Assembly: GCA_049974095.1 (NCBI GenBank)
Contig: JBMFJD010000003.1
Location: 1-32,000, forward strand
Length of the DNA: 32,000 nt
DNA from: Nanopusillaceae archaeon
Lineage (GTDB): Archaea > Nanobdellota > Nanobdellia > Nanobdellales > Nanobdellaceae
Reading direction: 5' to 3'
Every line of letters begins with the position of its first letter. The stretch's first letter is position 1. Below are positions 17,654 to 25,867 of this stretch, piece by piece. The position numbers and the translations under genes are program-made. Below the pieces are notes generated by a model. The model was not told where the DNA came from. It saw only the letters and a program-made list of their open reading frames with translations, and ran no database searches.

Positions 17654-18034
17654 TTAAGAAACAAAAATCCTAGAAATATTTGATGTATTAGAATAAACTA
17701 TAAAAAATGAATTCTGCTTAACACCAAAAATAGGAATAAAAAAAGGATTATTATTAAATGTTAATACATTGACCAAACTTCCATATTGAACATATACTTC
17801 TTTACCAATAGCTGAAATATAAGAATTGTATTCTTGAGACATTGGACAATATAACGAAGAATGATATAAATAAGCATAATTTATACAAAAATCTGCATTA
17901 TTAGATAAATAATTTATTACAAATTTATTATAATTATTTGAATTCGTTAAAAATCTAAAATATGAAATTAAAAATTGTGACGTAAAAAACAAAATTAGCG
18001 TTATCAATACTATTTCTACAGCATTTACAGGCAT
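17654..18034 (-). CDS. hypothetical protein with N-terminal hydrophobic helix (pilin-like or minor pilin candidate)
   Basis: MPVNAVEIVLITLILFFTSQFLISYF, followed by an N/Y/S-rich domain. Same strand as, and immediately upstream of, the ATPase. Confidence 0.4.
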   Translation of the reverse strand: MPVNAVEIVLITLILFFTSQFLISYFRFLTNSNNYNKFVINYLSNNADFCINYAYLYHSSLYCPMSQEYNSYISAIGKEVYVQYGSLVNVLTFNNNPFFIPIFGVKQNSFFIVYSNTSNISRIFVS

Positions 18035-18867
18035 TATGTTAAAGATGCATCAACATAGATATATACTAACTGATTACAAACAGTAGAGTTTGGATTATTT
18101 ATTATATTTAATCCACCATATTGTAAATTAACATTTAAATTAGCTCCAGATTGTGACGTATAACCAACATTTCCTGTTGGTTTTATAATAATCCATGTAC
18201 ATTGACCTGTTTGTGGATTATAGATTGGCCTACATTCTATTTGATAATTAATTATATTATTTGTTTGGGATGCTACTAGTAAACAAGCAGGATATAATGA
18301 TGAACCAGCAATACCTGTATTAAATAGTGGTATAAATTGTATAGTGCCTCCACTTACTCTTATGTTAAATACGAAATACTGAGTTATAATATCATTAGCA
18401 TTCGATAAAGGTAATATCAATGTATTATTATTTACATCTGTAATATTTATGTTTGTGGAATTTGCTGAAGCATATAATCCAGGTATTCCACATAAATTTG
18501 TCTGATTTCCGACAGTTAGAGTATTATTTACTGTACATGGAATATATATATTAAAGTTCAAAGGTATTGCTGGAATATTTGGATTATAATATAATACGGG
18601 TGATTGAAAAGAATACTGAATCAAATTATTATAAATATTTATAGAACCAGAAGGTAAAGATAATGATAATGTTCGACTTCCTTTATTTTCTCCAACATTC
18701 TGAATAGCATTAGCTAAAGATGATAATTGACTTTGTATACTATCTATAGTTGACCTAATTTGAGATTTCTGAAGAATAGGTATTCCCCATTCATATACAC
18801 CAACTGATACTCCAACAATAATCAAACCCAAAAGCAAATAACTAATGAGATTTGACTGAAGTTTCAT
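18034..18867 (-). CDS. hypothetical secreted/anchored protein, pilin- or archaellin-accessory-like
   Basis: MKLQSNLISYLLLGLIIVGVSVGVY is an N-terminal helix. The rest is N/S/T/Q-rich with several N-x-S/T sequons (NNTL, NQTN, NSTN, NITD, NNTL, NSTV) and almost no K/E. Confidence 0.45.
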   Translation of the reverse strand: MKLQSNLISYLLLGLIIVGVSVGVYEWGIPILQKSQIRSTIDSIQSQLSSLANAIQNVGENKGSRTLSLSLPSGSINIYNNLIQYSFQSPVLYYNPNIPAIPLNFNIYIPCTVNNTLTVGNQTNLCGIPGLYASANSTNINITDVNNNTLILPLSNANDIITQYFVFNIRVSGGTIQFIPLFNTGIAGSSLYPACLLVASQTNNIINYQIECRPIYNPQTGQCTWIIIKPTGNVGYTSQSGANLNVNLQYGGLNIINNPNSTVCNQLVYIYVDASLT

Positions 18868-18893
18868 ATTATTATATTTAGTCTATAAATTTA

Positions 18894-19454
18894 TTAAATT
18901 TTGTTTATTCCATAATTCCTATTATATGTTTGAGATTGATAACCTGTATATTTGTTTGAATTATTTTGTTGATTTTTCAAATCTTCAAGTTGTTTTTTTA
19001 AATTATCAAACATTTCTGCTACTTTTAGATTTGCTTTTTCTAAATTTTCTAATCTTTTTGTTAATTCTTCATTCGCTTCTTTTCCTTCTTTAGATTCTCT
19101 TGGTCTTGTTAATGCCGCTTCTTTAAATATATCAAATAAGTCTTTTAACTCCTTATATAAATTATTAGATACAACAATTAATTCAGAAATCTTTGCCTGT
19201 AAATCTATATTACTTCTAACTAAAGAGTTTATAATTTCTTTATAAAAATTAACATCTATATTTCCTTGAGTATAAATATTTTGCACTTCTTTTTTTACAA
19301 CATTATTATCTATAGGTAAATTAATTTGACTCTTTATTTCTTCGATATTGTTTTTTAGTTCTGATTTTAATGCCTTTAAATCGTTTTTTAAATTTTCTAT
19401 TTCTTGCGTTAATTTTTCAATTGGATCAGTAGATATTATTTCATATGAAGGCAT
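18894..19454 (-). CDS. hypothetical coiled-coil protein, first gene of the pilus-like operon
   Basis: 186 aa with heptad-like K/E/L/N repeats (LTQEIENLKNDLKALKSELKNNIEEIKSQ; LENLEKANLKVAEMFDNLKKQLEDLKNQ). A TATA-like aaatttataaattt lies about 30 nt upstream. Confidence 0.45.
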   Translation of the reverse strand: MPSYEIISTDPIEKLTQEIENLKNDLKALKSELKNNIEEIKSQINLPIDNNVVKKEVQNIYTQGNIDVNFYKEIINSLVRSNIDLQAKISELIVVSNNLYKELKDLFDIFKEAALTRPRESKEGKEANEELTKRLENLEKANLKVAEMFDNLKKQLEDLKNQQNNSNKYTGYQSQTYNRNYGINKI

Positions 19455-19499
19455 AAAAATATTAGGAACTCTGAAATTTATAAATTTAAAAAAGAAAAA

Positions 19500-21155
19500 C
19501 TATTCTTCTGTTTCTTCGCTTTCTCCTTCCCTTGATGATATTCCTTCAGATGTCTTACCTATTGCAGCTATAACATCATCTATCTTCAATATCATTGCTG
19601 CTGCTTCTGTAGCAGATTTTATTGCCTGTATTGTTATATTTGCTGGTTCTATTACATTCTTCTCCCACATATCAGCAATTTTTCCTTCTATTGCATCTAT
19701 ACCATACCATTTCTTTCCTTGCTCATGTACAGCTCTTAGTTGCGTCATTGCTTCAATTGTATCCATTCCTGCATTTTCTGCTAATGCTGCTGGAATAGAT
19801 TCTAATGCATCTGCAAATGCTAACATTGCCATTTGTATCTTTGACGATTCTCTTTTTGCCTCTTTTCTTATTCCTTCTGCCAATTCAATTTCTATTGCTC
19901 CTCCTCCTGCAATAACTTTTCCATATTTTATTACTGTTGCTACATCTCTTATTGCATCATTTACTGATCTTTCTATTTCATCTGCTACATGTTCTGATCC
20001 TGCTCTAATTAAAATTGTTACTGCCTTTGGATTCTTGCATCCAGTTACAAATATCATATTTTCATCTGCAACTTTTCTTTCTTCTATTAGTTCTGCTTCT
20101 CCCAAATCATTTGATGATAATTCATCAATTGAGTTTACAATCTTTGCTCCAGTTGCTTTTGCTAATTTTTCCATATCTGATTTCTTTACCCTTCTTACTG
20201 CCAATATTCCATATTTTGCTAAATAATATGCAGCTAAATCATCAACTCCTTTTTGTACAAATACAACATTTGCTCCTACTTGTTTTATTTTATCTACCAT
20301 TTTCTTTAGCATTTCTTTTTCTTTGCTTAAGAACTGCTCTAATTGATCTGGTGTAGATATATTTATTCTTGCATCTGTTTCTGTTTCTTTTATTTCTATT
20401 GCATCTCCTATCAATGCAATCTTTGCTTTTGATACTATTTTTGGCATTTCACCATGCATTCTTTCTTTATCTATTACAATTCCATCAATTAATTCTGTTT
20501 CTTCAACTCCTCCTCCAATTTTCTTTTCAATTTTTAATGAATCCAAATCTACAATTATTTTCTTTTCATTATCTGATAATGTCACAATTTCTGTAACTTT
20601 TTTTACAGCATTTACAACTATTTTTGCTAGTTTATCTGCATATATAGATGCTAATTTTGATGATAAAGCAGATTTTGCAATTTTTATTAATATTTCTTCA
20701 TCATCTAATGATACATTTACTGCTAATTGATTTATTAACTTTTCAGCAATATTCGCAGCTTTATTATATCCTTCAATAATAACTGTTGGATGTATATTTT
20801 TATCTAATAATTCTCCTGCTCTCTTTAATAATTCTCCAGCTAATACTGTAGATCTCTTTGTTCCATCTCCTACTTCCTTATCTTGTGTTTTTGCAATTTC
20901 AATTATTAATTTTGCAGCAGGATGTTCTACATGCATTTGATCTAAAATTGTAGCTCCATCATTTGTTACAACAATATCACCTAATTCGTCTACTAGCATT
21001 TTATCCATTCCTCTTGGACCTAAAGATGTTTTTAATATTTCAGATACAATTACTGCTGCCATAATGTTTGATCTCATTGCTTCTCTACCCATTTCTCTCG
21101 CATATTTTTCTGGAGATAATACAACAGGATATAATGTCTTTTTATCTTCAGCCAT
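19500..21155 (-). CDS. ths: thermosome subunit (group II chaperonin)
   Basis: GPRGMDKML, VVTNDGATIL, GDGTKRSTVLAGELL and IAGGGAIEIELA. The start is set at MAEDKK (21155). The caller's upstream ATG (21191) lies beyond the TATA-like box. Confidence 0.92.
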   Translation of the reverse strand: MAEDKKTLYPVVLSPEKYAREMGREAMRSNIMAAVIVSEILKTSLGPRGMDKMLVDELGDIVVTNDGATILDQMHVEHPAAKLIIEIAKTQDKEVGDGTKRSTVLAGELLKRAGELLDKNIHPTVIIEGYNKAANIAEKLINQLAVNVSLDDEEILIKIAKSALSSKLASIYADKLAKIVVNAVKKVTEIVTLSDNEKKIIVDLDSLKIEKKIGGGVEETELIDGIVIDKERMHGEMPKIVSKAKIALIGDAIEIKETETDARINISTPDQLEQFLSKEKEMLKKMVDKIKQVGANVVFVQKGVDDLAAYYLAKYGILAVRRVKKSDMEKLAKATGAKIVNSIDELSSNDLGEAELIEERKVADENMIFVTGCKNPKAVTILIRAGSEHVADEIERSVNDAIRDVATVIKYGKVIAGGGAIEIELAEGIRKEAKRESSKIQMAMLAFADALESIPAALAENAGMDTIEAMTQLRAVHEQGKKWYGIDAIEGKIADMWEKNVIEPANITIQAIKSATEAAAMILKIDDVIAAIGKTSEGISSREGESEETEE

Positions 21156-21175
21156 AAATATATATAATAGATAAA

Positions 21176-21187
21176 GCTTATAAATAT
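21176..21187 (-). promoter_or_regulatory. TATA-box-like element upstream of the thermosome gene
   Basis: The minus strand reads atatttataagc. Its core tttataa lies 23-29 nt upstream of ATG 21155, which would give a leaderless or very short-leader mRNA. The same tttataa(a/g) core recurs upstream of several genes here. Confidence 0.4.
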
Positions 21188-21205
21188 TCAAAAAATTAGT
21201 TTGAT

Positions 21206-21706
21206 TTAATTTCCTTTTTTCTTTTTTTCTATTATTTTAATTATTCCTTCAACTATTTTATTTATATCCTCCAGATTATTATTAAAAAATACATAATATT
21301 CTTTATTTTCATTTTCTATCTCATCTTCTATTACTTCTAAGTTCATAGACCATATATTCTCAAATATTTTATGATATGGATAATTCCTATTTTTTAATCT
21401 TTCATGAATTATATTTGGATCTGCTTTTATTACTATACATATATCACATTTATCATATAAATGAGAAAAATTCCCATCAATTATTATATCAGTATTTTCT
21501 TTACTTTTTATATATTCATCTATTTTTCCAAATAATTTATTTTCATCAACAATATATGTTTGATATACATCATCATATTCTTCATACAATTTATTTTTAA
21601 TAACAAAGTCTGATATATCAATTAATTCTGCATTAATTCTCTTAGATAATTCTTTTGCAATAGTACTTTTTCCAGAACCTGGTATTCCTGTTATGCAAAT
21701 TATCAC
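21206..21706 (-). CDS. Fap7/AK6-like putative adenylate kinase (P-loop NTPase)
   Basis: MIICITGIPGSGKSTIAKEL (P-loop), IIIDGNFSH, CIVIKADPNIIHERLKNRNY and KIFENI match the archaeal Fap7-type kinase layout. Confidence 0.6.
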   Translation of the reverse strand: MIICITGIPGSGKSTIAKELSKRINAELIDISDFVIKNKLYEEYDDVYQTYIVDENKLFGKIDEYIKSKENTDIIIDGNFSHLYDKCDICIVIKADPNIIHERLKNRNYPYHKIFENIWSMNLEVIEDEIENENKEYYVFFNNNLEDINKIVEGIIKIIEKKKKGN

Positions 21707-22443
21707 TTTTTTCTTACTACAAATTCCGTCTTATCATTATTATATAAACTCTTCCTGTTTATTGCAACCATCTGTATTGCAAACAAAGTACTTAATAATC
21801 CCTCAAAATAACCTTCATTGAAATATTCTTTTATTTCAATATCTTTTTCTTTTAATAAATCTTCTATATCTTTTAATATTTGAGCTTCTATTGAAGAAGA
21901 AAATGTTATTACAAAATCTAAAGATTTCAAATCAATAAATATGTCTTCTATTTTTCCAAATCCCATTTTCTCATGCAATTTTATTATTTCTCCTAATGTA
22001 TCTTCATTCAATATTCTTTCTACACCAGAATACATTTTATATGTTGTTGCCATTAATATTCCATATCTTTTTCCAATATCTCTAACAAAATTAATATTAT
22101 TTATATCTAAAGATTGCAAATATATTACTTGGAATATTTCTGATGGTAATATAATAAATTTTATATCGGCTACAGTTAAAAATCCATTTTTATCTTGTCT
22201 AATTAATCTTGTTAATATAGTATCTCCATGTATCATTTCCATAAATCCTACATCTTCATTAATATACCATACTTTTGCTTTTCCAACAACCCTATAATTT
22301 AAATATCCCCTCTCTTTTAATATTTCTAAATGTTTTGATAAAGTAATCCTATTTATTTTTGATATTTTTGATAATTCAGAAATAGTTAAACCATAATTAT
22401 GTTGTCTCAATATATTCAATAGCTTTTCCTCTATTTCATTCAT
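21703..22443 (-). CDS. winged-helix transcriptional regulator with uncharacterised C-terminal domain
   Basis: The N-terminus has ILRQHNYGLTISELSKISKINRITLSKHLEILKERGYLNYRVVGKAKVWY (HTH plus wing). The C-terminal ~170 aa is unassigned. Confidence 0.55.
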   Translation of the reverse strand: MNEIEEKLLNILRQHNYGLTISELSKISKINRITLSKHLEILKERGYLNYRVVGKAKVWYINEDVGFMEMIHGDTILTRLIRQDKNGFLTVADIKFIILPSEIFQVIYLQSLDINNINFVRDIGKRYGILMATTYKMYSGVERILNEDTLGEIIKLHEKMGFGKIEDIFIDLKSLDFVITFSSSIEAQILKDIEDLLKEKDIEIKEYFNEGYFEGLLSTLFAIQMVAINRKSLYNNDKTEFVVRKK

Positions 22444-22494
22444 TATTATTTTTACATTTACAAAATTTATATATATTATGCAAAAAAATAAATT

Positions 22495-23097
22495 ATGAAA
22501 AAATTGAAAATAGAAGATATAATAACTATTAGTGCTATATTTGCAATAATTTTTTACCTTCTATTTAAAGGTTATATATCTTCAAGCACCAACAACAACA
22601 AATTATATATATATAAAAATAATGAGAATATAACAATTGCAAGTCCATATTCTATACAGCAATTATCTTTTATTCCAATAATATCAAATGTTAGTTTATA
22701 TGAAGAAGAAAAGAACTATAAATATTATTTATTAATTTATGATCCAACATTATCTGGTTATTATAATTCAGAGATCTTATATATATATTTAAAGATACCA
22801 TATCTAATTCCTATTTGTTCATATTATTATCCTAGTCCTGGATGCAAATATTTTTTCGAAAATAATAGTATTACAAATGATTATATATATTTATATTCTT
22901 CTTCAAACTATGGATATAATTATACATTTATTTTACCAGAAAACCAAACCTTACTATTATACATAGTCTCAACTAATAATAAATATGGAATCATTGTAGA
23001 AAATAATACTATATATATTTTAAGTAATAATAGTGAAATAGCCGAAGAAGTAGCCACAAAATTTGTTCTATATTGGTATGGAATTATCAATAGTTAA
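22495..23097 (+). CDS. hypothetical N-terminally anchored extracellular protein, Y/N/I-rich, sequon-dense
   Basis: The N-terminal helix is IITISAIFAIIFYLLF. N-x-S/T sequons include NITI, NVSL, NNSI, NYTF, NQTL, NNTI and NNSE. No homology recognised. Confidence 0.45.
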   Translation: MKKLKIEDIITISAIFAIIFYLLFKGYISSSTNNNKLYIYKNNENITIASPYSIQQLSFIPIISNVSLYEEEKNYKYYLLIYDPTLSGYYNSEILYIYLKIPYLIPICSYYYPSPGCKYFFENNSITNDYIYLYSSSNYGYNYTFILPENQTLLLYIVSTNNKYGIIVENNTIYILSNNSEIAEEVATKFVLYWYGIINS

Positions 23098-23536
23098 AGC
23101 AATATTAAATTATCAATTTGGCAATAATGTTGGGAATAAAGTAATAGAAAAATATAAGGATAAAATTGAAATAGAAAAAAGTAAAAAAACTGGAAGAATA
23201 AGAAGAACCTATATAGATAAAAAATTATTTGGAACAATAGAACCAACAACTGGATTTATAATACCAACAAAATTTGGAGGAGAAATAATAAAAGAATTTT
23301 TAGAATTTCCAAAATATAGAGTTGTTATAGAAGATGAAGCAGTAAAATTTGTAAAAGAAGGGAAATCTGTATTTAATAAATTTGTGAAATTTATAGATGA
23401 AAATATATTACCTAGGGATATTGTATTAGTTGTTGATAAAAATGATAATTTAATAGCAATCGGTGAAAGTATATTATCTGGAAAAGAAATAAAGGATTTT
23501 AAGATTGGAGTAGCTGTAAAAATAAAAAATGTTTGA
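23078..23536 (+). CDS. pre-PUA/PUA-domain RNA-binding protein
   Basis: ILNYQFGNNVG...TGRIRRTY...FGTIEPTTGFIIPT, followed by a PUA-like C-terminus VKEGKSVFNKFV...DIVLVVDKNDNLIAIGESILSGKE. Start set at MELSIVK (23078). Confidence 0.6.
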   Translation: MELSIVKAILNYQFGNNVGNKVIEKYKDKIEIEKSKKTGRIRRTYIDKKLFGTIEPTTGFIIPTKFGGEIIKEFLEFPKYRVVIEDEAVKFVKEGKSVFNKFVKFIDENILPRDIVLVVDKNDNLIAIGESILSGKEIKDFKIGVAVKIKNV

Positions 23537-24089
23537 ATATATAATAAGAAAATATTTTTCAAAGATAATTAAAGAAGAAAAAAATAATAAGATATTAAGA
23601 AAAGAATTAATAATTTCTATATTTTTCTTAAATATGATTATTTATTCAATTCCTCTTTTCTTGTTTAGTTATTATTATATTGTTTTACCAAATTCTTTTC
23701 TAATAGATTATTCAAGATTTATTTCATATATATTAAATATTTCTGGAATAAAATTTCAGCTTGAGAAGAATATATTTTACATAAAAGGAATATCCTTTAT
23801 AATAGATCAGGAATGTAGTGGTTTTAAATCATTGTTTGGAATGTTTTCACTTATTTTTTCAACTCCTATATTAAATATAAAGAAAAAGATAAAATATTTT
23901 CTTATTTTTGGGCCATTATCATATGTAATTGATATATTTAGACTATGGACCTTATTTTATTTTTATTATTTCTTTTCTATTGATCCATTTTTTATACATA
24001 ATGTACTTTGGGAAATATTTACAACAGTTTTTCTAATAGTTTTTTGGTTAATATTTTTATTAAAAAATAAAAAAGAATTATCCGTCTAA
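23529..24089 (+). CDS. small archaeosortase/exosortase-family protein
   Basis: 186 aa, polytopic. IIDQECSGFKSLFGMFSLIF carries the family's CSG Cys motif. It is followed by a conserved-type Arg (IDIFRLW) and His (FIHNVLW), giving the Cys-Arg-His arrangement. Confidence 0.55.
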   Translation: MFEYIIRKYFSKIIKEEKNNKILRKELIISIFFLNMIIYSIPLFLFSYYYIVLPNSFLIDYSRFISYILNISGIKFQLEKNIFYIKGISFIIDQECSGFKSLFGMFSLIFSTPILNIKKKIKYFLIFGPLSYVIDIFRLWTLFYFYYFFSIDPFFIHNVLWEIFTTVFLIVFWLIFLLKNKKELSV

Positions 24090-24329
24090 TTCATCTAAAA
24101 TTTTTTTAATATTTTCATATAATTCTTTGCTTATCTTTTCAATAAATATGATTCTTTTATCTTTTATATAAAATCTAACATAATCGCCTGCATTTAAATT
24201 GTTCATATCTTCTGTTTTATCAAATGAATATTCTTTTCCATTTATTTCTATAAATATTTTATCTTTTCCAATATTTTTTACTTTACCATATATAATTCCT
24301 TCTTCAATATATTCAAATGATTCATACAT
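24078..24329 (-). CDS. hypothetical small protein (83 aa)
   Basis: ORF with typical local codon usage. No motif recognised. Confidence 0.4.
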   Translation of the reverse strand: MYESFEYIEEGIIYGKVKNIGKDKIFIEINGKEYSFDKTEDMNNLNAGDYVRFYIKDKRIIFIEKISKELYENIKKILDELDG

Positions 24330-24344
24330 AAAATAATATTAAGA

Positions 24345-25145
24345 TTAAATAATATAAGCCTCTATTACTGCTGCGATAAATATAAATAATATTGATAAAA
24401 CAAATAGGGCTAAAGAATCTGACAAAATATTTTCCAATGTTTCTTTATCTAATCCTTTAATAAATGCCATTGATAATATATTTCCAGATAATGCTGCTAG
24501 GAAATATCCTAAAAATTCTAATAAACCATGTGGTAACATTTCTGATAAACTTAGAAATGGATAAAATATATATTTATAAAATATGTTTGTTGTATTTATT
24601 TCTGTAGCTTTTAATCCTAAAAATACTCCAATTATTGATGAATTCCACAATAATAAATATATTGCACCTGCTCCAAATATTATGGAAAATGAAAAGAATA
24701 AAAGTAGGACAGTCATATTATTAAATAGTATATATGTAAACAATTTATTTGTACTTATAATTTGTCCATAACTTAATGCCAGTACATGCATTCTTATATC
24801 TCCTATTGCTTGTAATTGAGGATAAAATAATGAATAATTCATAAGATAAGAAATATAAAAACCAAATATTGAGGCAAAGAATATAATAAATGATGCTAGA
24901 AAATAATCTTTATATCTATAAAATATATTCTTTTTTAATTTTATTTTTTCAGCTATTTTTTCATCTTTTTCTATTAATTTATTATATATTTGCACTAAAG
25001 GAACCAAAGAAAGTGCAATAACCAATATGCCCCCATATGAACCAGATTTTAATGATAATAATGTTGCAAATATTACTGTAAAAAAAGTTATAATAAATAA
25101 TATCCATGGATTATATTTTATTTTTTCAATTAATATATCATACAT
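24345..25145 (-). CDS. SpoIIM/DUF95-family integral membrane protein
   Basis: Polytopic. LPHGLLEFLGYFLAALSG matches the family's PHGxxE motif. Confidence 0.5.
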   Translation of the reverse strand: MYDILIEKIKYNPWILFIITFFTVIFATLLSLKSGSYGGILVIALSLVPLVQIYNKLIEKDEKIAEKIKLKKNIFYRYKDYFLASFIIFFASIFGFYISYLMNYSLFYPQLQAIGDIRMHVLALSYGQIISTNKLFTYILFNNMTVLLLFFSFSIIFGAGAIYLLLWNSSIIGVFLGLKATEINTTNIFYKYIFYPFLSLSEMLPHGLLEFLGYFLAALSGNILSMAFIKGLDKETLENILSDSLALFVLSILFIFIAAVIEAYII

Positions 25146-25867
25146 AATAAAAATTCCTCTTCTAACTTATTTAAATTTGATGGTATTATAATACATATAG
25201 GAGGTTCCACATCAATTTCCATTAATTCTTTTATTGTTTTATAATATATTTTCTCTCCACTTCTATTTATCTTAGAACATAAAATTATCTTAAAATTTTC
25301 ATTAAATATCTTTTCTTCTCTTTTATCTATTTCTAATAATCTTTTTAATGCTTCCTTATGATCTAAAAATTTATTATTTTTCGGATCTAAATCTAATAAA
25401 ACTAAAGTATGCAAATTATTTTTATAATTTTTTACTATATATTCATAAAAATCTTCAGATTGGTGAAATGGAATTGAAACTGTTCTACCAAACTTATATA
25501 AAAATAATCCCAGTTTTCCAATTTCATCAAATATTGAAGGACCATTAATTATTTTATAATCAATCTTGTTTTCTTTACATAATTTAATAAAATAAGTATG
25601 AGTTGTAGCAAATAAAGGATTACCAGATACAATTAATATAATTTTTTTATTTTTATTCTCCAATATTATTTTTTCTAATTCATTTTCTACAAAATTTCTA
25701 TCAACAAGTTTAATATTTTTGTTTATTTTCTTTAAATATTCTATTATTTCATTATCTATAAAATTTGTATAATATTCTAGAAAAATAAAATCTGCATCTT
25801 TTATTTCTTCAATTAAACCAATAGGAATTTCTTCTTTATTTTGCCCAACTCCAGCTAATATAAACAT
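25130..25867 (-). CDS. dphB: diphthine synthase
   Basis: MFILAGVGQ...IFLEYYTN...VSGNPLFATTH... follows the tetrapyrrole-methylase-fold diphthine synthase layout. The ATG overlaps the polC stop (TAATG). Confidence 0.8.
   Translation of the reverse strand: MFILAGVGQNKEEIPIGLIEEIKDADFIFLEYYTNFIDNEIIEYLKKINKNIKLVDRNFVENELEKIILENKNKKIILIVSGNPLFATTHTYFIKLCKENKIDYKIINGPSIFDEIGKLGLFLYKFGRTVSIPFHQSEDFYEYIVKNYKNNLHTLVLLDLDPKNNKFLDHKEALKRLLEIDKREEKIFNENFKIILCSKINRSGEKIYYKTIKELMEIDVEPPICIIIPSNLNKLEEEFLLCMIY

Noticed and set aside
19348-20226. 292-aa ORF on the plus strand, antisense to the thermosome gene. Shorter antisense ORFs lie at 20015-20356 and 20369-20596.
   Set aside because: The translation is low-complexity and S/I/A/F-rich with no motifs. 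The opposite strand encodes an unmistakable thermosome. Long antisense ORFs are expected opposite GAN/GCN/ATT-rich coding sequence in AT-rich genomes.
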